Positions 37,142 through 47,781 of a stretch of 64,000 nt of DNA are shown here, in pieces. The notes beneath the pieces are model-generated. The model was given only the letters and a program-made list of their open reading frames with translations. It had not been told where the DNA came from and did no database searches. Each line of letters begins with the position of its first letter. The first letter of the stretch is position 1. Source of the DNA: Deltaproteobacteria bacterium. GTDB lineage: Bacteria; Desulfobacterota; WTBG01; CAIYCZ01; CAIRTM01. The translations under genes and the position numbers were made by a program. The stretch is from the NCBI GenBank assembly GCA_024276465.1, contig JAJRXD010000065.1, forward strand, positions 562 through 64,561. Reading direction: 5' to 3'.

Positions 37142-39178
37142 TTATACCGGAATGATAAAATTAAAGACAGAACCTTTTCCATCTCCTTCACTTTCAGCCC
37201 AGATCTTTCCGTTGTGCAGTTCAACAAGTCTTTTTGTAAGAGACAGCCCCAATCCTGTCCCCTGAAACCTCCGGCTTGAGGATCCGTCCACCTGTTCAAA
37301 CGGAGCGAAAACGCGCTCAAGATCCTCCTGTCTTATTCCAATACCAGTGTCCAGTACTGAAATCACAACAAAGCTGTCGTGTGTTATCAGCGACTGTGCA
37401 ATCGGCATGGGCAAAACAAATTCCCCGGCATCATTACTTTTCAAATGACCGTTATCATATGACAAACAGCAGACCAGCAGAGTAATCGATCCGCCTTCAG
37501 GTGTAAATTTCACCGCATTTGAAACAAGATTGTACACAATCTGTTTAAGTTTACGCTCGTCAGCTCTTATGATCTCAGGAATCTGTTTTACCTGCGTTGA
37601 TATCCTTATCCCGTGCTTAATGGTCTTTTCTTTGAACATGACAAGACAATCCTCCAGAACCTTCTTCAGATTGACATCTGATGGTTCCAGTTCCAGCTTT
37701 CCTGCCTCCACCTTGGAAAGATCAAGTATGTCATTTATCAGAGAAAGAAGGTGCCTGCTGCTTTGAAGCACATCATTTAAATATTCCTCCTGAGTTTCAT
37801 TCAAATCTCCGAAGTTTTTATCCACAACCAGCTCGGTAAACCCTATGATATGATTCAAAGGAGTACGCAGTTCATGGCTCATGTTGGCCAGAAATTCACT
37901 CTTGGACCGGTTGGAAGCCTCTGCTGCATCAAAGGCTTTTTTTAAGCTGACCTCCATTTTTTTACGCTCAGTAATATCTCTTGTTATTCCCAGCGCCCCG
38001 ATCCTTTTTCTTTCAGGATTATAAAGGTAAACAACATTTACTTCATTTAAAATCAATTTTCCGTCATGGCGAAAATAGTAAATCTCCCAATTGACAATCT
38101 GGCCTTTATTAATTAATTTTTCTACCATTTTATAAGTATTATCAATATATTCCCTGTCTATCATCACGGATTGCCCATCAACGGTTTCATACCTTCCTTC
38201 CTGAGTTGGAGTAATCTCCGACATATGCCTGTTCAGCATTCCGTTTTCACCATATTGAAAAAGTTTATTAAATGTTTTATTCACTCTGGTAATATATCCC
38301 TTTCTGTCGGTAATAAAAATACAGTCAATTGAGTTTTCAAAAATAGCATTTAACAGTTCTGTTGTTTTTTGAAGTTCATCAACGTGGCTTTTCAACTCTG
38401 CTGTGCGCTCTTTTACACGCATTTCCATCTCATCGTAGGCTCTTTGCAGCTTCTCTTCGTATTGCCTGCGTTCAATGATGTTTCTGTTCAGTTTTTTGCT
38501 CATCTCATTAACAGCACTGCCTAACTTCCCGATTTCATCTTTGCTGTCAGCCTCAAGCTTACATGTAAAATCTCCCCGGGCAATATTTGAGGATACTTCA
38601 ATTACCTTATGTATAGGTCTGCTGATAATATTACCTATTAATATTGATGAGAGGACTACAGCAAGCATCAGGAAAACACTTACTACCAGCGCAATCATTG
38701 TATTTCTGTTAATGTCTGCCTGCATCCTGTTCAGTGAAAGACCCAGAGCAAAGGTCCCTGCAACAGCCCCGTGTGAACGTATAGGCAGTGTTGTCATGAT
38801 TATGTCATCCCGAATACTGCAAGCAGATGTTCCACTGTTTTTTGACATATCAAATACTTGTGCCTTGTCATCATTAATGCCTGCAAACAGTTCGCCTTTA
38901 GAATCTTTTACAAGGACAAATACAAAGTCCTGATTTTCTTTCAGGATATTTAAAACTTCCATTGCAGTTTCCCTGTCCCCAAACTCTACGCTCAAGGCCA
39001 GATTATCAGCAGTCATCTTTGAGATGGCCATTGAATTTTCCATGGTCTGATTCAGAATCTGTTTCTTCTGTTGATAGGGAAAGAACATAAAGACAAGAAG
39101 TCCGACCAAACAGGCAAACAGGCTGTAAGCGCTTACTAATTTGTATCGTATCTCCAGATTGTTGAATAAATTAAACAT
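37142..39178 (-). CDS. HAMP-PAS sensor histidine kinase
   Basis: Two TM helices, HAMP (DEIGKLGSAVNEM), PAS ending RDITERK, H-box FLANMSHELRTPL, HATPase. Confidence 0.95.
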   Translation of the reverse strand: MFNLFNNLEIRYKLVSAYSLFACLVGLLVFMFFPYQQKKQILNQTMENSMAISKMTADNLALSVEFGDRETAMEVLNILKENQDFVFVLVKDSKGELFAGINDDKAQVFDMSKNSGTSACSIRDDIIMTTLPIRSHGAVAGTFALGLSLNRMQADINRNTMIALVVSVFLMLAVVLSSILIGNIISRPIHKVIEVSSNIARGDFTCKLEADSKDEIGKLGSAVNEMSKKLNRNIIERRQYEEKLQRAYDEMEMRVKERTAELKSHVDELQKTTELLNAIFENSIDCIFITDRKGYITRVNKTFNKLFQYGENGMLNRHMSEITPTQEGRYETVDGQSVMIDREYIDNTYKMVEKLINKGQIVNWEIYYFRHDGKLILNEVNVVYLYNPERKRIGALGITRDITERKKMEVSLKKAFDAAEASNRSKSEFLANMSHELRTPLNHIIGFTELVVDKNFGDLNETQEEYLNDVLQSSRHLLSLINDILDLSKVEAGKLELEPSDVNLKKVLEDCLVMFKEKTIKHGIRISTQVKQIPEIIRADERKLKQIVYNLVSNAVKFTPEGGSITLLVCCLSYDNGHLKSNDAGEFVLPMPIAQSLITHDSFVVISVLDTGIGIRQEDLERVFAPFEQVDGSSSRRFQGTGLGLSLTKRLVELHNGKIWAESEGDGKGSVFNFIIPV

Positions 39179-39199
39179 TATAATTCTTTTTTCAGTTAA

Positions 39200-39856
39200 T
39201 CAGTCCTGTTGATCTACCAGTTTTACAATTCGCAGAAATTTTGCGGCAAAATCCGCTCCCTCGGCCTTTGCCGACGAAAAATTCAGAAAAATTTTGGGCT
39301 TGCTTTCCTGAAACACAATTGCCATTGACACACCACACTCAATTACATATTCTGCCGAACTGGTGAATGTGAAAACCTTTGCTTCCCGTGTTATTTTTGT
39401 CACATCACGAATCACATCAATTTTGCCTGATGCAATATAAAGGACATTGATGTTTCCGAGAGTAATTTTATCTTTAAGGTTCCCAGCTCCTTTGTAATCA
39501 AGCAAAACCTTCTCAAACCCCAGACCACTCACCTTTTTATCTTTAAACTTTTCCAGAGCTCCTGCAAAATCACTGGCCTGGCTTTCAGAGCAGGGTTCAT
39601 CCGGAAAATAGAGAAGCCCTATGTTCAATTGTTCTGTAACATTTTTTTTAAGATTTCTGTCGTAGGTCAGGGCAGTTAAAAACAGTTTTGCTTCAAGCTC
39701 AATCGGCAGACTCAATTGTTCTGCCCCTGCAGCACAAAAAACAGAAGTGGTTGTGATAAAAACAGTTAAAAGAAGATATATAAAAACAGCAGAATAATGT
39801 TTTATGCTGTTTTTTATGTTTGTTAAACTGCTCTGGTTGAACATGTGTGTCAACAT
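39200..39856 (-). CDS. YfiR/DUF4154 family periplasmic protein
   Basis: Signal peptide, EAKLFLTALTYDRNL, KPKIFLNFSSAKAEGADFAAKFLRIVKL. Position between a TonB receptor and a kinase is typical. Confidence 0.8.
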   Translation of the reverse strand: MLTHMFNQSSLTNIKNSIKHYSAVFIYLLLTVFITTTSVFCAAGAEQLSLPIELEAKLFLTALTYDRNLKKNVTEQLNIGLLYFPDEPCSESQASDFAGALEKFKDKKVSGLGFEKVLLDYKGAGNLKDKITLGNINVLYIASGKIDVIRDVTKITREAKVFTFTSSAEYVIECGVSMAIVFQESKPKIFLNFSSAKAEGADFAAKFLRIVKLVDQQD

Positions 39857-39869
39857 ATTAAATTTTCAT

Positions 39870-41855
39870 CTAATTAAAACGCAGTGTGACCTGGCCATAG
39901 ATAAGGCGCTCTGATTCATACGTGTCAGTTCCATCATTGGTTTCAGGGTGAAGCTTATCCAGCAAATTTTGTCCTGTTAGTGATAATTCAAGTTTGTCAC
40001 TGAAAAGTTTTTGAGATGCCCTCACATCAAATCTCACATATTTATCAACTTTTACATTGCCGGTCAGGCCTTTCCATTTGGTATCATCTACGTAGTGAGC
40101 AGTCATATTCAGGGAAAAACCGTTCTGGAAAACAAAACTTGAGCCAAGGTTAAACTTATGTTTAGGAGTTCCCGGCACATCATTGTTAAGTCTTTTGTAT
40201 TCAACTTCCTGAAAGGTATAATTGGCTTTTAATGTCCACCAGGGGGTAAGTGGCAGATCAGCCGCAATTTCTATTCCTTTTGCAATTACATTGAATTCAT
40301 TGTCCCAGCTGATCTTCAAAGGCCACATTTTCCGTGTAACTACATTTTCAACAACCCTGTCCATTTCATTGTAGTATAACTCTATATTGAGAGCTATTGT
40401 GTTAAAGAGTATGCTGCGGTACCCGATTTCAAAAGCAGTCATTCTCTCGGGTTCCAGATCCTCGTTGCCATTTACTCTGGCCAGAGGAATAAAAGCCAGG
40501 GGAGACGGCAGCGTCTTAACAATGCTGAAGCTGTTTTCCACAAAAGAAGGTGTTCTGAAAGCCCTGGAAACTGCAAAACGGAAATGATGGTCAGGCCAGG
40601 GGCTGTAAAGAACAGATCCCCGGGGTGAATAGTCCCCGCCTGTAAATGAGTTTTTTTCATACTTTATTCCTAAAATAAATTTTAAATTATCCAGAATATC
40701 TATTTCATCCTGCACAAAAAATCCAGCCAGATTATCCTGGTCGGTTTCAGGTAAAAGAAGATTGGAGTCAACCCTGGTATTCCGGTAGTTGGCTCCCCAG
40801 ATGATTTGATTTATCCTGCCAAGAGCAAAAGAGTGCTGTATTTCAACATCATACTTATCCTCTTCAATTAAAATACTGTTGTCCTTGCTGTGGGTTACAA
40901 AACTGCCATGGTATGCCTGAATTTGAAATTGGGAAGTCAGTGACAATCTATACTCCCAACGAAGCATCTGGTAATTAGACCGGACAACAGTATCGGTACG
41001 GGGTTGATACTTGGTAACATCCAGGCCCAGCACTGATTCATTAACACCAGCGAAAACATTCAGGACTGAATCTTCAGAAAACCTGTACTTTAATCTTCCG
41101 GTTGCCTTTGGAACACGGCGAAAATCATGTACACCACGTGTGCCTTCATCCTCACGATATCCGCCGGTAATGCTGAAACTTAAAGCCTCTGAAACAGAAT
41201 CGCTGTATCTGAAAACATTATCCCGGTAATATTTACTGCCTGCTTTTGAGGTAAGCATAATACCCTGATCATCTTCCGGATCTTTTGTAATAATATTGAT
41301 GACACCATTAACAGAATTAGCTCCCCAGAGTGTTGCTCCCGGTCCCCGTATCACCTCGATTCGCTTAATATCTTCCAGGAACACCTCTTCGTCTTCCCAG
41401 AAAACACCTCCAAAAAAAGTCGTGTAGATACTTCTGCCGTCAATCATCATCAGCATTCGCTGTGCAAAACGCTCGTTAAATCCCCTTGCAGAAACGCCGT
41501 AGGAGTTTCCATAAATACTGACCACGTCAACCCCTGGCACCATTCGGAAAAGGTCAGGCAGATCTACTGCCCCTGAACGTTTGATTTCCTCTTCGGTTAT
41601 TACATAAACCGCATTTGGAGCCTCGTAGAGTTTCTGCGATGTTCTGGAAGCAGTGGTTATCTCGGTGTTGAGCATCTCTTCAAGATCAAGCTCTGCAAAA
41701 TCCTTAAAATCATCAGCCACTGCATTAACAGCACAAAACAATAGAAACACAGCAACAACATGACAGATGAATACATATGATTTTAATCTCTTTTTACAGA
41801 ATAAAAGTATTGATAAACTTTGAAACCAAATCAAAAAAGTAATTATGCTTTCCAT
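39870..41855 (-). CDS. TonB-dependent receptor
   Basis: ELDLEEMLNTEITTASR, plug motifs IEVIRGPGATLWGANSVNGVINIITK, C-terminal NLLDK..H.E...RF. Confidence 0.95.
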   Translation of the reverse strand: MESIITFLIWFQSLSILLFCKKRLKSYVFICHVVAVFLLFCAVNAVADDFKDFAELDLEEMLNTEITTASRTSQKLYEAPNAVYVITEEEIKRSGAVDLPDLFRMVPGVDVVSIYGNSYGVSARGFNERFAQRMLMMIDGRSIYTTFFGGVFWEDEEVFLEDIKRIEVIRGPGATLWGANSVNGVINIITKDPEDDQGIMLTSKAGSKYYRDNVFRYSDSVSEALSFSITGGYREDEGTRGVHDFRRVPKATGRLKYRFSEDSVLNVFAGVNESVLGLDVTKYQPRTDTVVRSNYQMLRWEYRLSLTSQFQIQAYHGSFVTHSKDNSILIEEDKYDVEIQHSFALGRINQIIWGANYRNTRVDSNLLLPETDQDNLAGFFVQDEIDILDNLKFILGIKYEKNSFTGGDYSPRGSVLYSPWPDHHFRFAVSRAFRTPSFVENSFSIVKTLPSPLAFIPLARVNGNEDLEPERMTAFEIGYRSILFNTIALNIELYYNEMDRVVENVVTRKMWPLKISWDNEFNVIAKGIEIAADLPLTPWWTLKANYTFQEVEYKRLNNDVPGTPKHKFNLGSSFVFQNGFSLNMTAHYVDDTKWKGLTGNVKVDKYVRFDVRASQKLFSDKLELSLTGQNLLDKLHPETNDGTDTYESERLIYGQVTLRFN

Positions 41856-42294
41856 CTTTTTTTTCCACTGTTTTAAAACATTAATTTAAACAAAACACTT
41901 GCTGATAAGTCAGCTTTCCACTCCTTCGGTTATTACTAATAATTTATTAGTAGTTTTTGTCCCTTTTATTCATAGTTTTATTAATTTACCATGCTAAAAG
42001 TCTATTGGTCTGACTGACTGAATTAATATGCCCAGTTATACACATTATTCTTTTTTATGGTAATTATTGGGCATGAACAGAGCCGTATGCTATCCAAGTT
42101 AAAAAATAAAGCTGTTATTCTCCTTTCTTTGAAAGAGTGTGTGTTTCTGAATTTATCGCGAGATGGACGATTAACAATTGTCCACTGTCTCACCAAAATT
42201 TTTTACTTTGAATATTGAAAAAAAGTAGTATTATCCTGGGACAGGTCAAAAATCTGTTTTAAAAGTTTTTGTTTTAACTGAATGGAGCGGCACA

Positions 42295-43089
42295 ATGAAA
42301 AAAAAATTGTTTGTAACAGCTGTTTTGCTGGTTTTTTCTCCTGCAATCTGTTTGGCATCATCTATTAACAGGGCAAATGTATTGAAATATCTCAACTGGG
42401 AAGAGAAGAATATCTCATTCAGTGCGGACCTTATAACCAGGACCGAAACGCAGCAAAAAAAAATAACGCGGAATTCCAGAATTTATAAAAGAGGGGCTGC
42501 CTTACTCAGGGTTGATACGGAACCTGCCCTGCTTAGATCTTTTGGCCAGTCAAACAGGCAGCTGGGAGATTTTTTCCTGATAAGAAATTCGGATACACAA
42601 AAAGCTTTCTTTGTTTTTCCTGAAAAAAAGGCTTATATAGAAGCTGACACTAAAGAAATAAAAAAAATGATGGAACAGCTGGGAGGAGATGTTAAGGACA
42701 ATCTCAATGGAAAGAAACAGCAGATAAAAAATTTTGAACAGCTGGGAACAGAGTCCATTGAAGGTTTTACCTGCGAGAAAGTACATGTTATTACCGAGGA
42801 TAAAAAGGGCATTGAATATGATGTCACAGCATGGCTCGCAGCTGATTATAATAATTTTCCCCTGAAAACTTTTGTTAAAACCACAATGCCCGGAGGGGCT
42901 GTTGGTACAAATGCTGCAAATTTTCAAAACATAGTAAGGAAAAAACCTGCAAAAAGTCTGTTTAACATACCTCCTGACTTCACAAAATATAAAAATCTTG
43001 TCCAGTTAAGCACGGATGGAAAAGCCGGTGCAGGAATAGAGGTCCTGAAAAAACGTTTGAAAAAAGGTGGATTAAAAAAACGAAGATAA
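42295..43089 (+). CDS. Secreted DUF4412-like protein
   Basis: Signal peptide, LGTESIEGFTCEK, VTAWLAADYNNFPLK, SLFNIPPDFTK. Confidence 0.7.
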   Translation: MKKKLFVTAVLLVFSPAICLASSINRANVLKYLNWEEKNISFSADLITRTETQQKKITRNSRIYKRGAALLRVDTEPALLRSFGQSNRQLGDFFLIRNSDTQKAFFVFPEKKAYIEADTKEIKKMMEQLGGDVKDNLNGKKQQIKNFEQLGTESIEGFTCEKVHVITEDKKGIEYDVTAWLAADYNNFPLKTFVKTTMPGGAVGTNAANFQNIVRKKPAKSLFNIPPDFTKYKNLVQLSTDGKAGAGIEVLKKRLKKGGLKKRR

Positions 43090-43241
43090 ACCAGACTGAT
43101 TAAAAGCAGTCTGATGCTACCCGTACACAGCGCTATGCATCCCGGTAATAATATTTTTTATTTAAAATTGTGCCTATCCATCCCCGCTTTAAAAGCAATA
43201 CAGGCCGGCACACTCCCCCCCTTAGAGAAGGAGAAAAGACT

Positions 43242-43907
43242 ATGACCCCAAAAAGATCATTAATAGCATTACTGCTGGTTTTGTCATTTGGCAGTCTGGC
43301 ATGGGCTGAAGTGGAAGTTCATAAAGAATATTATCCTAACAAACAGTTAAAGTCGGAAGAGCGCTATGATAACGGCAAAAAGGAAGGGCTCTTTAAATAT
43401 TATTATAAAAACGGCCAGATTAAGAAAGAGGTTAATTATAAAAATGATAAGAAGGACGGCATTTGCAAATATTATTTTAAAAACGGTAAAACAGAGAAAG
43501 ATTTAAAATATAACAAAAACAGAAAAGAGGGCGTTTGCAGATATTACTAGGAAAATGGCAAGCTGAAACAGAAAGTTTTTTACAAAAAAGGCCGGAGACA
43601 GGGCATTGCAACTTATTACCATGAAAACGGTAAGCTGCACCAGGAGTCAAACTATAACAACGGTAAGTTACACGGCATTACAAAAAAGTATAATAAATCC
43701 GGCACCCTTTTCAAAGAGGAAAACTACAAAAACGGTGTCCTGGATGGTGAAACAAAAGAGTATGGGGCTAAGGGAAAATTAAAGTGCGTTTACACATATA
43801 AAGATGGAGAAGTAATCAACAAAAAAACCCTTGGCCCTGGTGGGAAGTATTCCGTTGAAAAGGATTTAACACGCAAAAAAAATCTTCCAAAAAGAAAAAG
43901 TAAATAA
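43242..43907 (+). pseudogene. Secreted MORN-variant repeat protein (YwqK-like) with an in-frame TAG
   Basis: RBS AAGGAG, signal peptide, YYxNG repeats. TAG at 43548-43550 is followed by 118 further in-frame sense codons with the same repeats (ENGKLKQKVFYKKGRRQGIATYYHENGKL...). Confidence 0.85.
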
Positions 43908-44049
43908 TTTGTAAAAATCCGGATTTGAACTGCAGTTGTTCTGCCCGGGAAGCAGCTTCATCTGTCAATATGTTACATATAATCCAGTAATAGGGGCGCT
44001 CCCCTCGTACAGAGACTGTGCCGCAATGAATTTAAAGGAGTTAAGTAAT

Positions 44050-45021
44050 ATGAAAAGGTTATCTGTACTCATAGCCATTATCAGCGTCTTAAGTGTTGTC
44101 TCAGGTGATGCAAGAAATATAAAATCACAAAAGTTCAAGTTAACCAGCACCTTTACTATCAAAGGTATCTCACAAGACGCAAAAGAGATTAAATTCTGGA
44201 TGCCTTATCCTTTTGAGAACAGCATTCAGTCAATAAACAAAAGAGACTTTAAAGTGCCTGGCACCTATCACATAATTACAGAGAATAAATTTAACAATAA
44301 GATACTTTATGGAACAATAAAAAACATTAAGAAAGGCTCTGCCTCATTACATGTAACTTATGAAATTGAAAGAAAAGAATTAGTGAGTAACCCTGTTGAT
44401 ATAGAAGGTTCAGAAGATGATACATACCCACAAGAAGTTTTGAAATTTCTCAAAGGAAGCAGGCTTGCAAAAATAACTCCCCGGATTAAGGAACTGGCAA
44501 AGGAAATAACATCCGGACAGAAAACAAAACTCAACAAAGCAAAAGCAATTTACAGGTATGTTCTCAAATACATGGATTATAATAAGTCAGAACCTGGCTG
44601 GGGCATGGGAGACAGCGAAAGGGCATGTCTTATCGGTAAAGGCAACTGTACTGATTTTCATTCCCTGTTTAACTCCCTGGCAAGGGCAAGCAATATACCT
44701 GCTAAATTTGTGATAGGTTTCCCAATTCCACACAAAAAACAGGCTGAAATAAAAGGCTATCACTGCTGGGCAGAATTTTATGTTAACAAAGTTGGCTGGA
44801 TACCTGTGGACATTTCAGAGGCATGGAAGAACAAGTCAAAACAGGATTACTACTTTGGCAATCTCGACCAATACAGAGTTGGATTTACCGTTGGACGGGA
44901 TATTATTTTAAACTCTGACAAGGGTGGATCTCCAGTGAATTATTTTATATACCCATACGTTGAGATAGACGGCAGAGCAACTGCAAATGTTGAAACAACC
45001 TATAAAAGTGAATTACTCTAA
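44050..45021 (+). CDS. Secreted transglutaminase-like protein
   Basis: RBS AAGGAG before ATG 44050. Catalytic triad motifs GNCTDFHSLF, YHCWAEFY, GWIPVD. Confidence 0.9.
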   Translation: MKRLSVLIAIISVLSVVSGDARNIKSQKFKLTSTFTIKGISQDAKEIKFWMPYPFENSIQSINKRDFKVPGTYHIITENKFNNKILYGTIKNIKKGSASLHVTYEIERKELVSNPVDIEGSEDDTYPQEVLKFLKGSRLAKITPRIKELAKEITSGQKTKLNKAKAIYRYVLKYMDYNKSEPGWGMGDSERACLIGKGNCTDFHSLFNSLARASNIPAKFVIGFPIPHKKQAEIKGYHCWAEFYVNKVGWIPVDISEAWKNKSKQDYYFGNLDQYRVGFTVGRDIILNSDKGGSPVNYFIYPYVEIDGRATANVETTYKSELL

Positions 45022-45082
45022 CAGTATGGGGCAAGGCATTTTGCTTCACATTTTTAACAAAACAGCCACACAGGCATGTCTC

Positions 45083-45859
45083 CTAAATTTCCCATGAGAA
45101 AGCTATATTAATGCCAAACCACAGGTTATCATTTTTATCCCCCACCCCTTTATCCCTTATCCCTTCATCTAAAAGACCCGAATAATGAACTGCGGGTATC
45201 ACTGCAATACTGCTGGTTACTGGAACTGACAACTCTGCAGAAACCAGAATGTCCGTAAATGTATCTTTGCGCTCCCCATAATAATACTTTGTCATGCGCT
45301 TTGTTGCATATCCAACAGTTGCACTCGTAGAAAAGGTGCTGCCAAACAACTGCTTAAGCTCAATATCATGGCTTAGACCAACAGTTATATAGAACCCGTC
45401 ATTGGAACGCAGGTCTCTGTAAACAGTTAAGGTTGGGGATAACAAAGCATCATACCCGGCAGAAACATAGAGCTCATGTGTATCCGTAAAACCGGTATGC
45501 GGAAAATCATAATAAATATAGCCCAGTGAATAGTTTAATTTGTCAAAACTGCCTGAATAATCAAGAGTATAATCAACCTCTGTAAAATCTCCGGTATCTC
45601 CATCCCCATCGTGATTGTTGTGGACATTTGTAAGTTCAAGATTCCCCCAGACAGTAGCTGTTAATCCACCATAGCTCATCCATACATCAGGCTGAAACAC
45701 AGGGTCCTCATTAGACTCTATTCCGCGCCAGAGGTATTTGCTGTTAAACGCAATATCCGTTCCAAAAGAAAGTCCAGTTCCATCCCCGGCATTAACATTA
45801 ATATTAAAAGATAAAAGCAAAACAATTATGCATGTTGATAAAGCCCACATCTTTTTCAT
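45083..45859 (-). CDS. TorF-like putative outer-membrane porin
   Basis: Signal peptide, SKYLWRG..PVFQP, EVDYTLDY, GYIYYDFP, C-terminal aromatic strand. RBS GAGGAG before ATG 45859. Confidence 0.75.
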   Translation of the reverse strand: MKKMWALSTCIIVLLLSFNINVNAGDGTGLSFGTDIAFNSKYLWRGIESNEDPVFQPDVWMSYGGLTATVWGNLELTNVHNNHDGDGDTGDFTEVDYTLDYSGSFDKLNYSLGYIYYDFPHTGFTDTHELYVSAGYDALLSPTLTVYRDLRSNDGFYITVGLSHDIELKQLFGSTFSTSATVGYATKRMTKYYYGERKDTFTDILVSAELSVPVTSSIAVIPAVHYSGLLDEGIRDKGVGDKNDNLWFGINIAFSWEI

Positions 45860-46035
45860 ATTGTTTTCTCCTCTGACAGTTATTAATGGCCAAACAAACT
45901 CCCCTGCAAAAAAAACAATCGTGGTGACCCACGCTCCAGTCCGCCAGGGAACAGATGGATCAGCAGCTTTAAAGCACAACACCTTAGTCCACTGTATTTG
46001 TTGGTTGCGAAGTGTTATTTAATGAACTTTGATTG

Positions 46036-46377
46036 TCAGCCAATAGCATTCCAGCCTGTTTCACCCGTCCTTATGCGGATACATTCAGGCAGGTCAAGGA
46101 TAAAAACTTTGCCATCTCCGATCTGTCCGGTACGTGCTCCCTTAATAATTGCCTGAACCGTAGGGTCGACAAAATCATCGTTTACTGCAATCTCTAAGCG
46201 TACTTTTTTAAGCAGATTAACTTCGATATCAACACCCCTGTATGATTCATGAAATCCTTTCTGCTGACCGCAACCCAGGGCATTGGTTACTGACATCTTG
46301 TACACCCCGGACTCATAAAGAGATTTCTTTACATCATTCAGTTTTTCCGGTTGGATATATGCAATTATTAGTTTCAT
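46036..46377 (-). CDS. glnK: P-II nitrogen regulator
   Basis: T-loop with [22 protein letters not shown]. Adjacent to amt. Confidence 0.93.
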   Translation of the reverse strand: MKLIIAYIQPEKLNDVKKSLYESGVYKMSVTNALGCGQQKGFHESYRGVDIEVNLLKKVRLEIAVNDDFVDPTVQAIIKGARTGQIGDGKVFILDLPECIRIRTGETGWNAIG

Positions 46378-46389
46378 CCTGTGCCCTCC

Positions 46390-47721
46390 TTACTGTGTAG
46401 TAAAAATTTGAAAACCACCATATGATTCCATTCCGTGTTCTCCAATATCAAGCCCCCGCAGTTCCTCCTCCCTTGGGACCCGAAGGCCAACTGTTTTCTT
46501 TATAAGGTAAAAGACAAGTCCCATGGCTAAAATCACAAACAAACTGGCAGTTATCGTACCAAGAGCCTGGATGCCAAGCTGTGTAAAACCGCCTCCATGA
46601 AACAGGCCGTCTCGTGCAAGCCCCAGGGACTTGTGTCCCCACAAGCCAACAGCCAGCGTGCCCCAGATGCCGTTCATGCCATGTACCGGAACAGCTCCAA
46701 CCGGATCGTCAATTCCAATTCTGTCAAGCATAACCACACCAAAAACCACTATTACTCCTGCGGCAGCACCTATTATAAGGGCTTCTAATGGATTCACATA
46801 AGCACAGGGCGCAGTTATTGCAACAAGTCCTGCTAAAGCTCCATTCATAGTCATTGACAGATCGGGCTTTCCAAACTTCCACCAGACAATCAGCATAGCT
46901 GTAACCCCACCTGCGGCAGCCGACAGGTTTGTATTCATTGCAATAAGTGCAATCGCATTACCATCTCCCACTCCTAAAGTAGAACCAGGATTAAATCCAA
47001 ACCAGCCGAACCACAGGATAAAAACACCAAGTGATGCCAGAGGAATTGAATGCCCGGGAATCGCTTTTGGTCGCCCATCAGCCAGAAACTTTCCAATGCG
47101 GGGTCCTAAAATTATGGTCCCGATAAAGGCTGCCCAGCCCCCTGTAGCATGTACAACTGTTGAGCCCGCAAAGTCTGCAAAGCCCATGGCTGAAAGCCAG
47201 CCATTGCCATTCCAGATCCAGTGGCCAACAACTGGATACACTACTGCGCTGATTATAATTGTATAGAAAATATATGCTTGAAATTTCATACGCTCTGCCA
47301 TCCCCCCTGCAACAATTGTTGCAGCAGCCCCACAAAATGCAGCCTGAAAAAGCCAGAAAGCAAACAGAGGAACATCTGCCGGGTTTTCTGCTTCAGCCAT
47401 GGCAAATCCTTTTAGACCCACAAGGCTGTTTCCCTCTCCAAACATGAGTGCATAACCAACAAGAAAAAACATGATGCTTGCAATAGAGTAATCAAGAAAA
47501 TTTTTTGTAAGGATATTGACAACGTTTTTTGCCCTGATAAATCCTGCCTCAACCATACCAAAACCAGCCTGCATGAAAAAAACCAGGAAAGCGGCAAGCA
47601 GAACCCACACCGTGTCTAAGCCCCGGGATAAGGATACAGATCCATTATCTGCTGCAAACAACACTGTTGCTGTACTGCAGACAACAAGCACTGAACCGGA
47701 AATGAATGTCACTTTTTTCAT
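46390..47721 (-). CDS. amtB: Ammonium transporter
   Basis: FFMQAGF, DFAGSTVVH, WFGWFGFN, NGALAGLVAITA, DDPVGAVPVH (twin His). RBS AAGGAG before ATG 47721. Confidence 0.97.
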   Translation of the reverse strand: MKKVTFISGSVLVVCSTATVLFAADNGSVSLSRGLDTVWVLLAAFLVFFMQAGFGMVEAGFIRAKNVVNILTKNFLDYSIASIMFFLVGYALMFGEGNSLVGLKGFAMAEAENPADVPLFAFWLFQAAFCGAAATIVAGGMAERMKFQAYIFYTIIISAVVYPVVGHWIWNGNGWLSAMGFADFAGSTVVHATGGWAAFIGTIILGPRIGKFLADGRPKAIPGHSIPLASLGVFILWFGWFGFNPGSTLGVGDGNAIALIAMNTNLSAAAGGVTAMLIVWWKFGKPDLSMTMNGALAGLVAITAPCAYVNPLEALIIGAAAGVIVVFGVVMLDRIGIDDPVGAVPVHGMNGIWGTLAVGLWGHKSLGLARDGLFHGGGFTQLGIQALGTITASLFVILAMGLVFYLIKKTVGLRVPREEELRGLDIGEHGMESYGGFQIFTTQ

Positions 47722-47781
47722 GGTATCTCCTTTCATCATTCATTATTGTTTGTCTCCATGGATCATTAGTTTTAGGAACAG

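Noticed and set aside
37033-37320. 223-aa version of the response regulator, and ORF 33440-33664
   Set aside because: Alternate-frame read of the kinase HATPase end. The receiver domain starts at 37032.
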